Below, in pieces: positions 40,302 through 49,861 of a stretch of 64,000 nucleotides of DNA. Within the stretch, counting starts at the first letter, position 1. Every line of letters starts with the position of its first letter. The notes under the pieces were generated by a model. It was not told where the DNA came from and did no database searches. It saw only the letters and a program-made list of their open reading frames with translations. The DNA is taken from positions 14,118-78,117 of the forward strand of contig VMFU01000007.1 in NCBI GenBank assembly GCA_007376205.1, given 5' to 3'. The DNA comes from Candidatus Peregrinibacteria bacterium Gr01-1014_25. Its GTDB lineage: Bacteria; Patescibacteriota; Gracilibacteria; Peribacterales; Peribacteraceae. Made by a program: the position numbers and the translations under genes.

Positions 40302-42782
40302 TCACACGCCGATACGTCGGAGGATTTCGCGGCTTACGAAGTCTTTCTGTCGGCCGTACTTCAGGCGCGAGAGTTGCTTGAAGGCCTCCGCAGCCTGGGC
40401 ATCTTTCGGGAACGTCGTGTCCGTCCAGAACTTGGGGACTTCGATGCTGAACGGCCTGCTCGGCTGACCGTCGATGCACAGCTTGATGCATCCGCGGAAC
40501 GCTTCCAGGTTCACGAGGTCCTGCTCGCTGAACACCGGCGCCATTTCCTTTGCGGCGACTTCGGCATCCTGCGGGCCGATCTTGTAGAAGAGCATGGTGC
40601 CGACGTTGCCGAAGACCGCGCCCTTGAGGCTGACGGCTCCGGCGAGCTTGTTCTCCTTCTCGAGCTGGTCGATGTACTGGTGCGCCAGAACCAAACCCAA
40701 GCGGTACTTGCGAGCTTCGGAGAGGATGGACTCGATCGACGGCGTGACGAAGTTCTGGAATTCGTCGATGTACAGGAAGAAATCCTTGCGCTCGTCCTTG
40801 GACATGCGCTGCCGGCGCATCGCGGCCACCTGAATCTTGTTCACGACGATCATGCCGAGGAGTTGCGAGTTGATGTCGCCAATCAGACCCTTCGACAGGT
40901 TCATCAGGATGATCTTTCGTTCGTTCATGCACTGCGCGATGTCGAACGAACTGCGCGTCTGGCCGACGATGTTCCGCATCAGCGTGTTCGTGTAGAACTG
41001 GCCGAATTTCGCCGCGAAGTAGGGGATCATCTCCTGTTTCTCCCGTGCGCCGGTCTTGGCCATCTGGTTGTTCCAGAACGATCGCACGATGGGGTTCTGG
41101 ATTTTGCTCACCTTGTACTTCTGCCATTCTTCGTCGGTGAAGAGACGGACGAGATCGGTGATCGCACCGCCTTCTTCGGGGTCTTCCATCAATGTCAGAC
41201 AGCCGTTACGGAAGTAGTCCTGGATGCGCGGGCCGAAGATCTCCTCGCCGAACATCTTGATCATCATGTTCATCGCGTCGAGGGCGATGAGATCGCGTTC
41301 CTCGGGCGTTGATCCCTCGAGGAGGTTGAGGCCCATCGGGCGTTCCATATCCGCAGGATTGAAATAGATGACGTCGTCGGCGCGGCTGCGCGGAATGTAC
41401 GCGAGCAGATCTTCGATAAGGGATCCGTGTGGATCGACGACGCAGACGCCCCGTCCTGCGGCAAAGTCCTGGCGCGCCATGTTCACGATGGCCGACGACT
41501 TGCCTGTTCCCGTCTGTCCGATGATGTAGAAGTGACGGAAGCGGTCTTCGTTCTTCATGAATACCTGACGGCGCTCGCTGCGGTACGTGTTGTACCCGAG
41601 CATCAAACCGTCTTCCGGAATGGCATTCGGCGCGGCGGCGATCTTGAATGTCTGCCACTTGATCGTCTCCGCTTTGTTGTACTTGATGTGCGGGAGGTGA
41701 TAGAGGCTTGCGAGTTCATTCGTGCCCAGAAGCATGCGCGGAAACTCCAGCCGCTGATGCAGGCTGCGACGGGGCGAACGGCGGAGGAAGCGCTGGACGA
41801 TGCCCTTGCGGTGGGCCATGCGCGCGCGTTTGAAGCCGTTGCCGCGGATGTCGTTGAACTGGGCGAACGATGCCACGATGCCATCGAGAATGGCGTCTGC
41901 GCGCGGGGCCGTGGGAGCCGAGGCGACGATGCGGATTTCGCACTTGAAGCCCGGCGTCGATGCCTTCTCGTCGACGGCCTTGCTGTACTCCTCGACCATC
42001 TGGGAAACACGCTCGCTGGTGGGGGATTCTTCCTTGAGCTCGACGACGTCGCCCGAGGCCGTCAGGAGTTCAAACAGCGACCGTAGGATGGTCACCGGAT
42101 TCCACAGGGACCCGCGGTGCTTCTTCTTGGGATTGAGCAGTGCCGCGGCATGCTTCTGGAGATGCTTCTGCCAGCCGTCGCGTACAGGCCGGAGCACGAA
42201 CTGCACGGCGGCACCCTCGTCGCGGTGGATCTTCGAGAACGCGTTGGTGACGGCGTTGAGGGGGTCGCTCTTCATCTGCTGGTACGTCTTGAAGACGTGC
42301 TCGTACGTCTTGGACGGCATCAGTGTTGCAGCAGCGACGGTCGATTCGGGGGTGAAGATGTTGTACTCCTCGACTTCGTCGATCACGCAGTCGGGATAGA
42401 AGGACGTCAGTTGCTTCTCGAGCATCGGCGCCAGCGACCGCGGGCATGCGGCGAAGAACAGGATCTCGCCGCTCAACGCCGCATACTCCAGGGAGAAGAA
42501 CGGTTGCCCTCTCCACAGACGCTTCACCGTCGGATCGACGATGCTGTGCAGTGATTGGAACAAGTGGTCCATCACCCCGATCACCTCCTTGAAATCTTTG
42601 CCGAACTGATCCGAGGCCTCGTCCTTCTCCTCCCGCGTTTCCTTCTTGGGGATCATCATCTGCAGGAAGATCATCGATTCCTCCCGCGCGCGGTTGACCA
42701 GCGTGCGCACCAGCCACACCGCGGCGATCGCCACGAGGATGCTGCCGGCGGCTGCAAGGAGGATAAGGCCCATCGGGGGCAT
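40302..42782 (-). CDS. Membrane-anchored VirB4/TraD(VirD4)-like P-loop ATPase
   Basis: DRFRHFYIIGQTGTGKS, VDPHG, LYIDEFQNF, SEARKY, AHQY; N-terminal TM. Confidence 0.88.
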   Translation of the reverse strand: MPPMGLILLAAAGSILVAIAAVWLVRTLVNRAREESMIFLQMMIPKKETREEKDEASDQFGKDFKEVIGVMDHLFQSLHSIVDPTVKRLWRGQPFFSLEYAALSGEILFFAACPRSLAPMLEKQLTSFYPDCVIDEVEEYNIFTPESTVAAATLMPSKTYEHVFKTYQQMKSDPLNAVTNAFSKIHRDEGAAVQFVLRPVRDGWQKHLQKHAAALLNPKKKHRGSLWNPVTILRSLFELLTASGDVVELKEESPTSERVSQMVEEYSKAVDEKASTPGFKCEIRIVASAPTAPRADAILDGIVASFAQFNDIRGNGFKRARMAHRKGIVQRFLRRSPRRSLHQRLEFPRMLLGTNELASLYHLPHIKYNKAETIKWQTFKIAAAPNAIPEDGLMLGYNTYRSERRQVFMKNEDRFRHFYIIGQTGTGKSSAIVNMARQDFAAGRGVCVVDPHGSLIEDLLAYIPRSRADDVIYFNPADMERPMGLNLLEGSTPEERDLIALDAMNMMIKMFGEEIFGPRIQDYFRNGCLTLMEDPEEGGAITDLVRLFTDEEWQKYKVSKIQNPIVRSFWNNQMAKTGAREKQEMIPYFAAKFGQFYTNTLMRNIVGQTRSSFDIAQCMNERKIILMNLSKGLIGDINSQLLGMIVVNKIQVAAMRRQRMSKDERKDFFLYIDEFQNFVTPSIESILSEARKYRLGLVLAHQYIDQLEKENKLAGAVSLKGAVFGNVGTMLFYKIGPQDAEVAAKEMAPVFSEQDLVNLEAFRGCIKLCIDGQPSRPFSIEVPKFWTDTTFPKDAQAAEAFKQLSRLKYGRQKDFVSREILRRIGV

Positions 42783-42814
42783 GGGGGTATCCTACCATTG
42801 TACCATACTTTTCG

Positions 42815-43978
42815 ATGAGAACGCTCTGGTTTTGGCGGCAACGACATGTGCGGACCATGATCCGCGTCGTCCGGCGGCTACTGCTGGGCCGCGAGGGGCA
42901 GCGCCTGGTGCGGGGTTTGCGGCTGTTCTACCGCCTCCGGACGGAGGTCGTTCTGCAGTCAGAGCAGGTGGGGCGGCTCGCCAAACGCACCGCCGTACGC
43001 GTGTGGATCGACGGGACGGAAGCCTTTGCCCGGATCGAACGGCTCCTGCGCAGCGCGCGACATACCATCATCATCCAGATGTTCATCTGGCGCGACGACG
43101 CGACGGGACAGCGCATCGCCGCTCTGCTGCTGGAGGCCGCGGACCGCGGCGTGCGCGTGAGCATCGCGAAGGAGGCCGTGGGAGACGTGTTCGAATTTGA
43201 GCGCGATTTCCTGGGGACAAGCATGAACCCGGATGGCGTGTGGAAGCGCTTCTGGTCGCATCCGAACATCGACGTCACGCATGCCAAACACAACGATCAC
43301 GCCAAGGTGTACATCATCGACGATCACACATTGCTCCTCTCCGGTATGAACATCACCGACGCATGCCGCTACGAATGGCACGATTACCTGGTCGAGCTGC
43401 GCGGGAGCGGGTTCGTCCGGCAATACCTGACGGGCGAAGTTCCGGTTGCGGGGAACGGTCAAGTCCAGCTCGTCATGAATGGCGGAACGGCGCACGGCAT
43501 CCGGTCGGCACTGATGCGCTTCCTCGAAGGCGCGTCGTCCACGATCGTCGTCGAGCATGCGTACCTATCCGATCAGCGCGTCATCGATCTCCTTGTCTGC
43601 AAGAGCAGAGAAGGCGTCCGCGTGACCGTCGTGCTCCCCGAGCACCCCAACCTGCACGCGAACGCCAACCTGCTGTCCGTCGCGCGTCTTCTCTCCGAAG
43701 GAGCGAGAGGATTCCTCCACGTCGTCCTCTACCCCCGCATGGTGCACGGCAAGCTCATTCTCGTCGACCGGACGCGGGCGTTCCTCGGATCGGCGAATCT
43801 CATTACGTCATCCATCGACGAGATGGGCGAGGTCAACGTGCTGATCGACTCGCCGTTCAGCCGCGCGATCGCGACGATCCGCGACACGCTCCGCGAGGAC
43901 ATTCAGGCCTCGCGCCCGCTCACGATGGCCCCTTCCCTCTGGTGGCTTGGGAGGATGCTGGCGAAGATGGGGATGTAA
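42815..43978 (+). CDS. Phospholipase D / cardiolipin synthase-like protein
   Basis: Two HKD motifs: HAKVYIID..SGMN and HGKLILVD..GSAN. Confidence 0.88.
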   Translation: MRTLWFWRQRHVRTMIRVVRRLLLGREGQRLVRGLRLFYRLRTEVVLQSEQVGRLAKRTAVRVWIDGTEAFARIERLLRSARHTIIIQMFIWRDDATGQRIAALLLEAADRGVRVSIAKEAVGDVFEFERDFLGTSMNPDGVWKRFWSHPNIDVTHAKHNDHAKVYIIDDHTLLLSGMNITDACRYEWHDYLVELRGSGFVRQYLTGEVPVAGNGQVQLVMNGGTAHGIRSALMRFLEGASSTIVVEHAYLSDQRVIDLLVCKSREGVRVTVVLPEHPNLHANANLLSVARLLSEGARGFLHVVLYPRMVHGKLILVDRTRAFLGSANLITSSIDEMGEVNVLIDSPFSRAIATIRDTLREDIQASRPLTMAPSLWWLGRMLAKMGM

Positions 43979-43985
43979 TAGGGGT

Positions 43986-44363
43986 TTACCGCTGTCTTTT
44001 TGCCAGGACCGCTTCCACCATCTCGACCAGCTTTCGGATTGTCATGTCCTTCTTCACGAAGAAGTCGTCCACGGCCAGCTGGCGGCCGCGCTCGCGCACC
44101 TTCGCATCATCGAAGTTCGTCAGCACGATCACGGGGTAGGACCTCTTCTCCTTGGGCAGATGTTCCAGAACGGTCATGCCGTCCATCTTGGGCATGTGGA
44201 CATCGAGGATGAGTACGTCGGGTGAATGTGATTGGAGTTCGATGAGGCACTGCTCGCCATCCTCGCAGGTCTTCAAATCGAAGCCTGCCAGGCCGAATTT
44301 CTTCATGTACAAATTCCGCAGGGCGGCGTCATCCTCGGCGATCAGAATGGTTCCCTTAGCCAT
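43986..44363 (-). CDS. Stand-alone response regulator receiver protein
   Basis: ILIAEDD, ILDVHMPKMDG, VIVLTN, FFVK. Confidence 0.9.
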   Translation of the reverse strand: MAKGTILIAEDDAALRNLYMKKFGLAGFDLKTCEDGEQCLIELQSHSPDVLILDVHMPKMDGMTVLEHLPKEKRSYPVIVLTNFDDAKVRERGRQLAVDDFFVKKDMTIRKLVEMVEAVLAKRQR

Positions 44364-44458
44364 AAAGAGGGAGAAACAGGGTGATCCTAGTCCTCTTGCC
44401 CGTCGGGAACAACCGCCTGCCTCTTTCCGAGAACTGTCAATTCTGCTATACTTATGGG

Positions 44459-46294
44459 ATGCCTTCGTGGAGAAAAAGCCATCTCCTTGCCCTGATCGCG
44501 TTCTGCGCAGCGAGCTTGCTTGCCGCAGGAGTGACGCTGCGCGCGCAGGTGACGGGCACGAAGGACTGCACGGGATTGCCGTATGGCACCGCCGGGTGTC
44601 CGTTGCTCGAAGACGAAGATGAGGAAGAGGAGATCGACCCGCCGCTGCACTGCGGCGACAATTTCCTGCAAGAGAAAGAGGGCGAGGAATGCGACAACGG
44701 CTACGTGCACAACGGGCGAAGCAACTGCACAGATGACTGTCGTCTACTCTACTGCGGTGACGGGGAAATCAGCCCGCAGATCGGCGAGCTGTGCGAACCC
44801 GAGGCAACATTCGTCTACGCCAAGGATTCGAAGGGGGAGTATCTCCTGCTGCCGGAATACGAGACGCCCGAGTGTGGACGCATCTGCACCGCGCCGACGT
44901 GCGTTGTGGTCAAGGATGCCGTCGAATGCACGGGGGGATGCAAACCGATGTTCCTGCCCGCGTGCCCCGTGGAGGGGGCGGGGGGCGGTTCGAGTCTCAA
45001 AGGAGCAGCTCCGTCATCGTCGTCAGGATCGCAGACGAGCTCGGGCGGCGGCGCTTCGGCGGCGCCATCCATCTGCGGCAACGGCAAAGTCGACCCGGGT
45101 GAGCAGTGCGACGATGGGAACACCAGTGACCGCGACGGCTGCACGAATGCATGCAAATTGCCATTCTGCGGTGACGGTATCGTGCACGCCGGCGAGGATT
45201 GCGACGATGGAAACCGTACCGACCGCGACGGTTGCACGAATGCGTGCACGCTTCCGGGGTGTGGTGATGGAATCGTCCATGGCGGTGAGCAGTGCGATGA
45301 CGGCAACAGCAACGAACAGGACGGTTGCACGAACGCGTGCAAGATCCCCATGTGTGGCGACGGCATCCTCCGCATTGGCGAGGAGTGCGATGACGGGAAC
45401 GGCAATGATCGCGATGCCTGTACGAATATCTGCAAGCTCCCCGTCTGCGGCGATGGCATCATGCACAACGGCGAGGAGTGCGATGACGGCAATCGCAACG
45501 ACCGCGACGGCTGCACGAACGCATGTCGGTCCCCCGCGTGCGGCGACGCCATTCTGCAGACGGGCGAGGAATGTGACGATGGGAACGATGCCGACGAGGA
45601 CGCGTGCACATCGCTCTGCAGGCAGCCACGATGCGGAGACGGTTTCGTCCAGCGCGGCGAGGAATGCGACGACGCGAACGCTGACACGCGAGACGGGTGC
45701 AACGTGTGCCGAAGGACGATCTGCGGCGATGGCATCACGCAGTACTGGGAATCGTGTGATGACGGCAACCGCTCGGACCAGGACAGCTGCACGAATCGTT
45801 GCACGCTCACGTCCTGCGGCGACGGCATCGTGCAGGCAGGTGAAGAATGCGATGACGGGAATCTGGATGATGCGGATGAATGTTCCACGCTCTGCAAGAT
45901 TCCTGGGTGCGGGAACGGCGTCGTTGAGCGAGGCGAAGATTGCGACAGCGGGCGGGAAAACAACGATGCCGCACCGAATGCGTGCCGGAGCGACTGCCGC
46001 GCGGCGCGTTGCGGCGACAACGTGGTCGATCGCGGAGAGGAATGCGACGGAGGTGATGCATGCGGCATCGACTGCAAGCGAATGTCAGCCGCCACGGTGG
46101 TAACGACGAATGGCGACGCAAGCGGCGCCGTGCCTGTTGCAGCCGCGGCAATGGGAACGACGGGCATCGGATCAGTGTTGGTGTGGCTGTTCTTCCGTCA
46201 TCGGATTCGCGCCTTCTTCGCACGCCGGCGGCATGTGGTCTCCATCGATGACATTCCGCTCGATGAAATCGAAATGCCGTGGCGCCACTGGTAA
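44459..46294 (+). CDS. Secreted, membrane-anchored Myxococcus-type Cys-rich repeat (DUF4215-like) protein
   Basis: About 11 tandem ~31-aa CGDG....GEECDDGN....DGC...C units plus 2 N-terminal units; signal peptide; C-terminal TM. Confidence 0.9.
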   Translation: MPSWRKSHLLALIAFCAASLLAAGVTLRAQVTGTKDCTGLPYGTAGCPLLEDEDEEEEIDPPLHCGDNFLQEKEGEECDNGYVHNGRSNCTDDCRLLYCGDGEISPQIGELCEPEATFVYAKDSKGEYLLLPEYETPECGRICTAPTCVVVKDAVECTGGCKPMFLPACPVEGAGGGSSLKGAAPSSSSGSQTSSGGGASAAPSICGNGKVDPGEQCDDGNTSDRDGCTNACKLPFCGDGIVHAGEDCDDGNRTDRDGCTNACTLPGCGDGIVHGGEQCDDGNSNEQDGCTNACKIPMCGDGILRIGEECDDGNGNDRDACTNICKLPVCGDGIMHNGEECDDGNRNDRDGCTNACRSPACGDAILQTGEECDDGNDADEDACTSLCRQPRCGDGFVQRGEECDDANADTRDGCNVCRRTICGDGITQYWESCDDGNRSDQDSCTNRCTLTSCGDGIVQAGEECDDGNLDDADECSTLCKIPGCGNGVVERGEDCDSGRENNDAAPNACRSDCRAARCGDNVVDRGEECDGGDACGIDCKRMSAATVVTTNGDASGAVPVAAAAMGTTGIGSVLVWLFFRHRIRAFFARRRHVVSIDDIPLDEIEMPWRHW

Positions 46295-46309
46295 CTTTCC
46301 CTCCTACGA

Positions 46310-46663
46310 ATGACAAACCCCGATAGCCAACCGTCGAATGATCCCGAGACACCGCAACCGATTGTTCTGCGCCTCCAGAAGCTCAGTCATGCTCCTAACT
46401 CATGGTTCCCTGTTGAGCGGGTGTCCATAGCGATACACTCGACGAGTCGGAAGCGCACCCTGCCGGCATACATCTCGAACATCAACCGAGAGCACGACAA
46501 TCTCAAGGCCCTCATCGTGTTCGAGAATGATCGAGGAGCGAAGCTCATACCTCTGGAAGAAGTTCTCCGTCAGAATCCGCACCTTAGGCTGGAGTGGCCC
46601 GAGAACGAAAACGTTCTAGAGCGCCTGCGGGACAGTTGTCGCAGCTTGTTCAAGAGAAAGTGA
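46310..46663 (+). CDS. Hypothetical protein
   Basis: 117-aa ORF filling the gap before tsf. Confidence 0.5.
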   Translation: MTNPDSQPSNDPETPQPIVLRLQKLSHAPNSWFPVERVSIAIHSTSRKRTLPAYISNINREHDNLKALIVFENDRGAKLIPLEEVLRQNPHLRLEWPENENVLERLRDSCRSLFKRK

Positions 46664-47437
46664 TTAGAGCACGGACAGGCGAACGTAAGCCGTGACCTGT
46701 GCAGAGCCGAGATACTGCTCGATCGTCTTCGACGGGTCTTTAACGAACGGCTGCTTCACGAGAGCGTTCTCCTCGCGAAACTTCTTCTCCTTGCCGATCA
46801 TGATCTTGTCGAACATGGCCTCGGGCTTACCTTCCTTCTTGAGCTGCTCGCGCCAAATCTCCTTCTCTTTCGCGATGATATCCTCGGACACTTCGTCGGG
46901 GGACCGGTACTGCGGGCTCATCGCGGCCGCATGCATGCCGACATCGCGCGCAGCCTCCCGCGAGCCGCCGGAGAGGCCCACAAGCACGGCCACTTTGCCG
47001 TTGGTGTGCACGTAGGTTCCCACGACGGGGGCGGCAGCAACGGCGACTTCATCGAGGGAAACGTTCTCGCCGAGCGCTTGAACAGCTTCCGGAATTTTGG
47101 CGTCAGCTAGGGCTCGGGCAGCGGTCTCACCTTGGAGAGCTTCCTGCGCGAGAGCGTTGCCGAGAGCGGTGAACGCGTCGGCGCGGGCGACGAAATCCGT
47201 CTCGCACCGCAGCAGCACGAGCGCGGCCTTGCCGCCGGCTTCGGCGGAGAAAATACGTCCTTCGGTCTGCGCGCGCTCGGCCTTCTTGGCCGCCTGCGCG
47301 ATGCCACGCTTGCGGAGAAGCTCGATGGCCTTCTCTTCGTCACCGTTGGCTTCCTCAAGGGCTTCCTTGCATGCGAGGATGGAGACGCCCGTGCGGGCGC
47401 GGAGGTGGGAGACGGCGGAGGCGGAGACGGGGGACAT
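46664..47437 (-). CDS. tsf: Elongation factor Ts
   Basis: LRARTG...CKEAL, CETDFVA, MHAAAMSP, EGKPEAM..KI. Confidence 0.97.
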   Translation of the reverse strand: MSPVSASAVSHLRARTGVSILACKEALEEANGDEEKAIELLRKRGIAQAAKKAERAQTEGRIFSAEAGGKAALVLLRCETDFVARADAFTALGNALAQEALQGETAARALADAKIPEAVQALGENVSLDEVAVAAAPVVGTYVHTNGKVAVLVGLSGGSREAARDVGMHAAAMSPQYRSPDEVSEDIIAKEKEIWREQLKKEGKPEAMFDKIMIGKEKKFREENALVKQPFVKDPSKTIEQYLGSAQVTAYVRLSVL

Positions 47438-47467
47438 GGTGATGAGGGGAGGGTGAATGACGGAGCA

Positions 47468-48169
47468 TTAAGCAGCATCGTCCTGCTTTGCGGGACGCGC
47501 GTCTGCGAGCATGTTCTCGACGGTCGTCAGGACGATTTCGACGGATTTCGTGGCGTCATCATTGCACGGAACGAACGCGGCGAAGTCGTCCGGATCGGCG
47601 TTCGAATCGCAGATACCGTAGACGGGAATGCTGATTTTGCGCGCCTCTTTCACCGCGACGTTGTCGCGCACGGCATCGACGATGAACATCGCGTCCGGCG
47701 GACCGGCCATGTCGCCGACGCCCGCGAGCGCCATGTCGAGCTTCGCCAGTTTCTTACGCATCTGCGTCTGCTCCTTCTTCGTGTACTTCTCCACCTCGCC
47801 CGTCGCGAAGCCGTGACGCAGGTCCTTGTAGTACTGCAGGCGCTTCTTGAGCGTGGCCCAGTTCGTCAGGAGTCCGGGGATCCACTTCTTCGTCACGACA
47901 GGCTGCGACAGGCGCTGGCCGATTTTCTCGACGAGCGGAATGCTCTGTTGCTTCGTCGAAACGAACAGGATTGTCTTGCCGGCGGCCTGAAGCCCCTTGA
48001 GCTCCTCGCACATCGTCTGCAGGTGGGCCGCAGTTTTCGTCAGGTCGATGATGTGGATGCCCTTGCGGGTGCCGTAGAGATACGGTGCCATTTTCGGGTT
48101 CCACTTTTCGCGGGGGTGGCCAACGTGGCACGCGGCGGCGAGCAGTTCCTGTTCGGCGGGATATGGCAT
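47468..48169 (-). CDS. rpsB: 30S ribosomal protein S2
   Basis: HVGH..KWNPKM.PY, IHIIDL, WIPGLLTNW, PCNDDA. Confidence 0.97.
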   Translation of the reverse strand: MPYPAEQELLAAACHVGHPREKWNPKMAPYLYGTRKGIHIIDLTKTAAHLQTMCEELKGLQAAGKTILFVSTKQQSIPLVEKIGQRLSQPVVTKKWIPGLLTNWATLKKRLQYYKDLRHGFATGEVEKYTKKEQTQMRKKLAKLDMALAGVGDMAGPPDAMFIVDAVRDNVAVKEARKISIPVYGICDSNADPDDFAAFVPCNDDATKSVEIVLTTVENMLADARPAKQDDAA

Positions 48170-48370
48170 GGAAGGAGGAAGTGAGAAAATAGGAAGGCGG
48201 TGGTCAATCCTTCGAGGCTGTGCCGTGAACCCTTCGCGGGTCACGGTCCGACGTCATTTCGCTGGTGCGGAGGAATCCCGGTCACCATTCGACACGGCCG
48301 TGGGGCCTTGCTCATGGTGGTCCTTCGGGACCAGGACCGCTGCGATCCGTCGGAAAGCCGGATAGGTATA
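48170..48370 (-). promoter_or_regulatory. Long structured rpsB 5' leader
   Basis: Hairpins TGGTCC-CGAA-GGACCA, CCGTGACCC-GCGAA-GGGTTCACGG, CCT-CGA-AGG in a ~200-nt leader. Confidence 0.55.
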
Positions 48371-48405
48371 TCGCCTTGGCGGGCGGAAGGCAAGGAGAAT
48401 TCGCC

Positions 48406-49812
48406 TTATCGAGCGGCGGAGAGGGCATCGACGATGCCCCCAAGCGACACGCGCACCTGCTCCAGGGAATCGCGGTCGCGGATGGTCACGGTGTCTTTAT
48501 CCCCCTGCTTCTCGTCTTCGCCGAGCGTCCCGAAATCGACGGTGACACACTTGGGCGTGCCGATTTCGTCCTGGCGCCGGTAACGCTTTCCGATCGAGCC
48601 GGTGACGTCGAAGTCCACGGTGAGCGGTGTTTCATGAACAATTTTTTTGTACAGTTCTTCGGCCTTCGCGACGAGGTGCTCTTTCTTCGACAGCGGAAGC
48701 ACCGCGACGTCGACGGGAGCGAGGCGCGGGTGGAAGCGCATGACCGTCCGGGATTCGCCGTCGGGTAGCGTTTCCTCGGTGTACGCTTCGAGCAGGAACG
48801 TCAGCACCGTCCGATCGCAGCCGAAGGAGGGCTCGATGACGTGCGGCATGAACTTCTTCTTCGGGTCGTCGGGGTCGGTGTACGTGAGTTCCTCTCCCGA
48901 GTGTTTGCTGTGTTGCGCCAGGTCGAAATCCCCGCGGTCCGCCAGTCCGAAGAGTTCCCCCCATCCCCATGGGAACGCGTATTCGATGTCGATCGTCCTG
49001 CTGCTGTAGTGGCTCAATTCGTCCTTCGCGTGCTCGCGGACGCGCAGGCGGTCGGGAGCAATTCCCAGTTGCGTGTACCACTCCCACACGCCTGCCTTCC
49101 ATTCATCGAAGTGCATCTTCTTGTCTCCCGAGGGATCGACGAAGTACTCGATCTCCATCTGCTCGAATTCCCGCGTCCGGAACGTGAAGTTGCCGGGCGT
49201 GATTTCGTTGCGGAACGCCTTGCCGATCTGCGCGATGCCGAAGGGCAGCCGCGGACGCATCGTCTCGAGGATGTGTTTGAAGTTCACGAAAATGCCCTGC
49301 GCGGTTTCGGGCCGGAGATAGGCGAGCGAACCCTCGTCCTCAATGACGCCCTGGTGCGTCTTGAACATGAGGTTGAAACGCTTGGCTTCGGTCCAGGCGC
49401 ACGAGCCGCATGCGGGGCAGGGGATGTTCTCCGCAAGGAGCATCGGCTGGACCTGATCGATCTTCAGAACGGCCACCGCCTCGACGCCGAGCTTCTCTTC
49501 GAGGAGCTTGTCGCCGCGGAAACGCTGCTTGCACTTCTTGCAGTCGACGAGAGGATCCGCGAATGAACTTACGTGTCCGCTTGCTTCCCACACCTTGGGG
49601 TTCATGAGGATCGCCGTGTCCAACCCCGCCATGTCCTGGCGGCAGCGGACGAATGCATCCCACCAGGCGCGCTTCACACGATTCTTCAGCTCCGCACCGA
49701 GCGGGCCGTAATCCCACGTGTTCGCGAGGCCGCCGTAGATCGCGGATCCCGGGAAGATGAAGCCGCGGCGCTTGCAGAGGGAGACGACCTGATCCAGTGA
49801 ACTCGCGGGCAT
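48406..49812 (-). CDS. glyQS: Glycine--tRNA ligase (alpha2 type)
   Basis: KRRGF, YGPLG, LRPETAQGIF, FRNEITP, REFEQME, HVIEPSFG, SIGKRYRRQDEIGTP; TATACT 6 nt before ATG. Confidence 0.97.
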   Translation of the reverse strand: MPASSLDQVVSLCKRRGFIFPGSAIYGGLANTWDYGPLGAELKNRVKRAWWDAFVRCRQDMAGLDTAILMNPKVWEASGHVSSFADPLVDCKKCKQRFRGDKLLEEKLGVEAVAVLKIDQVQPMLLAENIPCPACGSCAWTEAKRFNLMFKTHQGVIEDEGSLAYLRPETAQGIFVNFKHILETMRPRLPFGIAQIGKAFRNEITPGNFTFRTREFEQMEIEYFVDPSGDKKMHFDEWKAGVWEWYTQLGIAPDRLRVREHAKDELSHYSSRTIDIEYAFPWGWGELFGLADRGDFDLAQHSKHSGEELTYTDPDDPKKKFMPHVIEPSFGCDRTVLTFLLEAYTEETLPDGESRTVMRFHPRLAPVDVAVLPLSKKEHLVAKAEELYKKIVHETPLTVDFDVTGSIGKRYRRQDEIGTPKCVTVDFGTLGEDEKQGDKDTVTIRDRDSLEQVRVSLGGIVDALSAAR

Positions 49813-49861
49813 GCCGGCAGTATAAAGGAAGAGGGCGGGTGGACTAGGGAATCCCGCTCCG

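Noticed and set aside
40302..42782. Conjugative element or ICE
   Set aside because: No relaxase, integrase, VirB channel genes or att sites; the gene sits among housekeeping genes
45073..46080. 93-bp periodic repeats as a CRISPR array or DNA-level repeat
   Set aside because: The units diverge at synonymous positions and encode Cys-rich protein repeats in frame; there are no unique spacers or cas genes
46100..46294. LPxTG-type sorting signal on the Cys-rich protein
   Set aside because: No clear motif before the TM, and a ~30-aa cytoplasmic tail follows it
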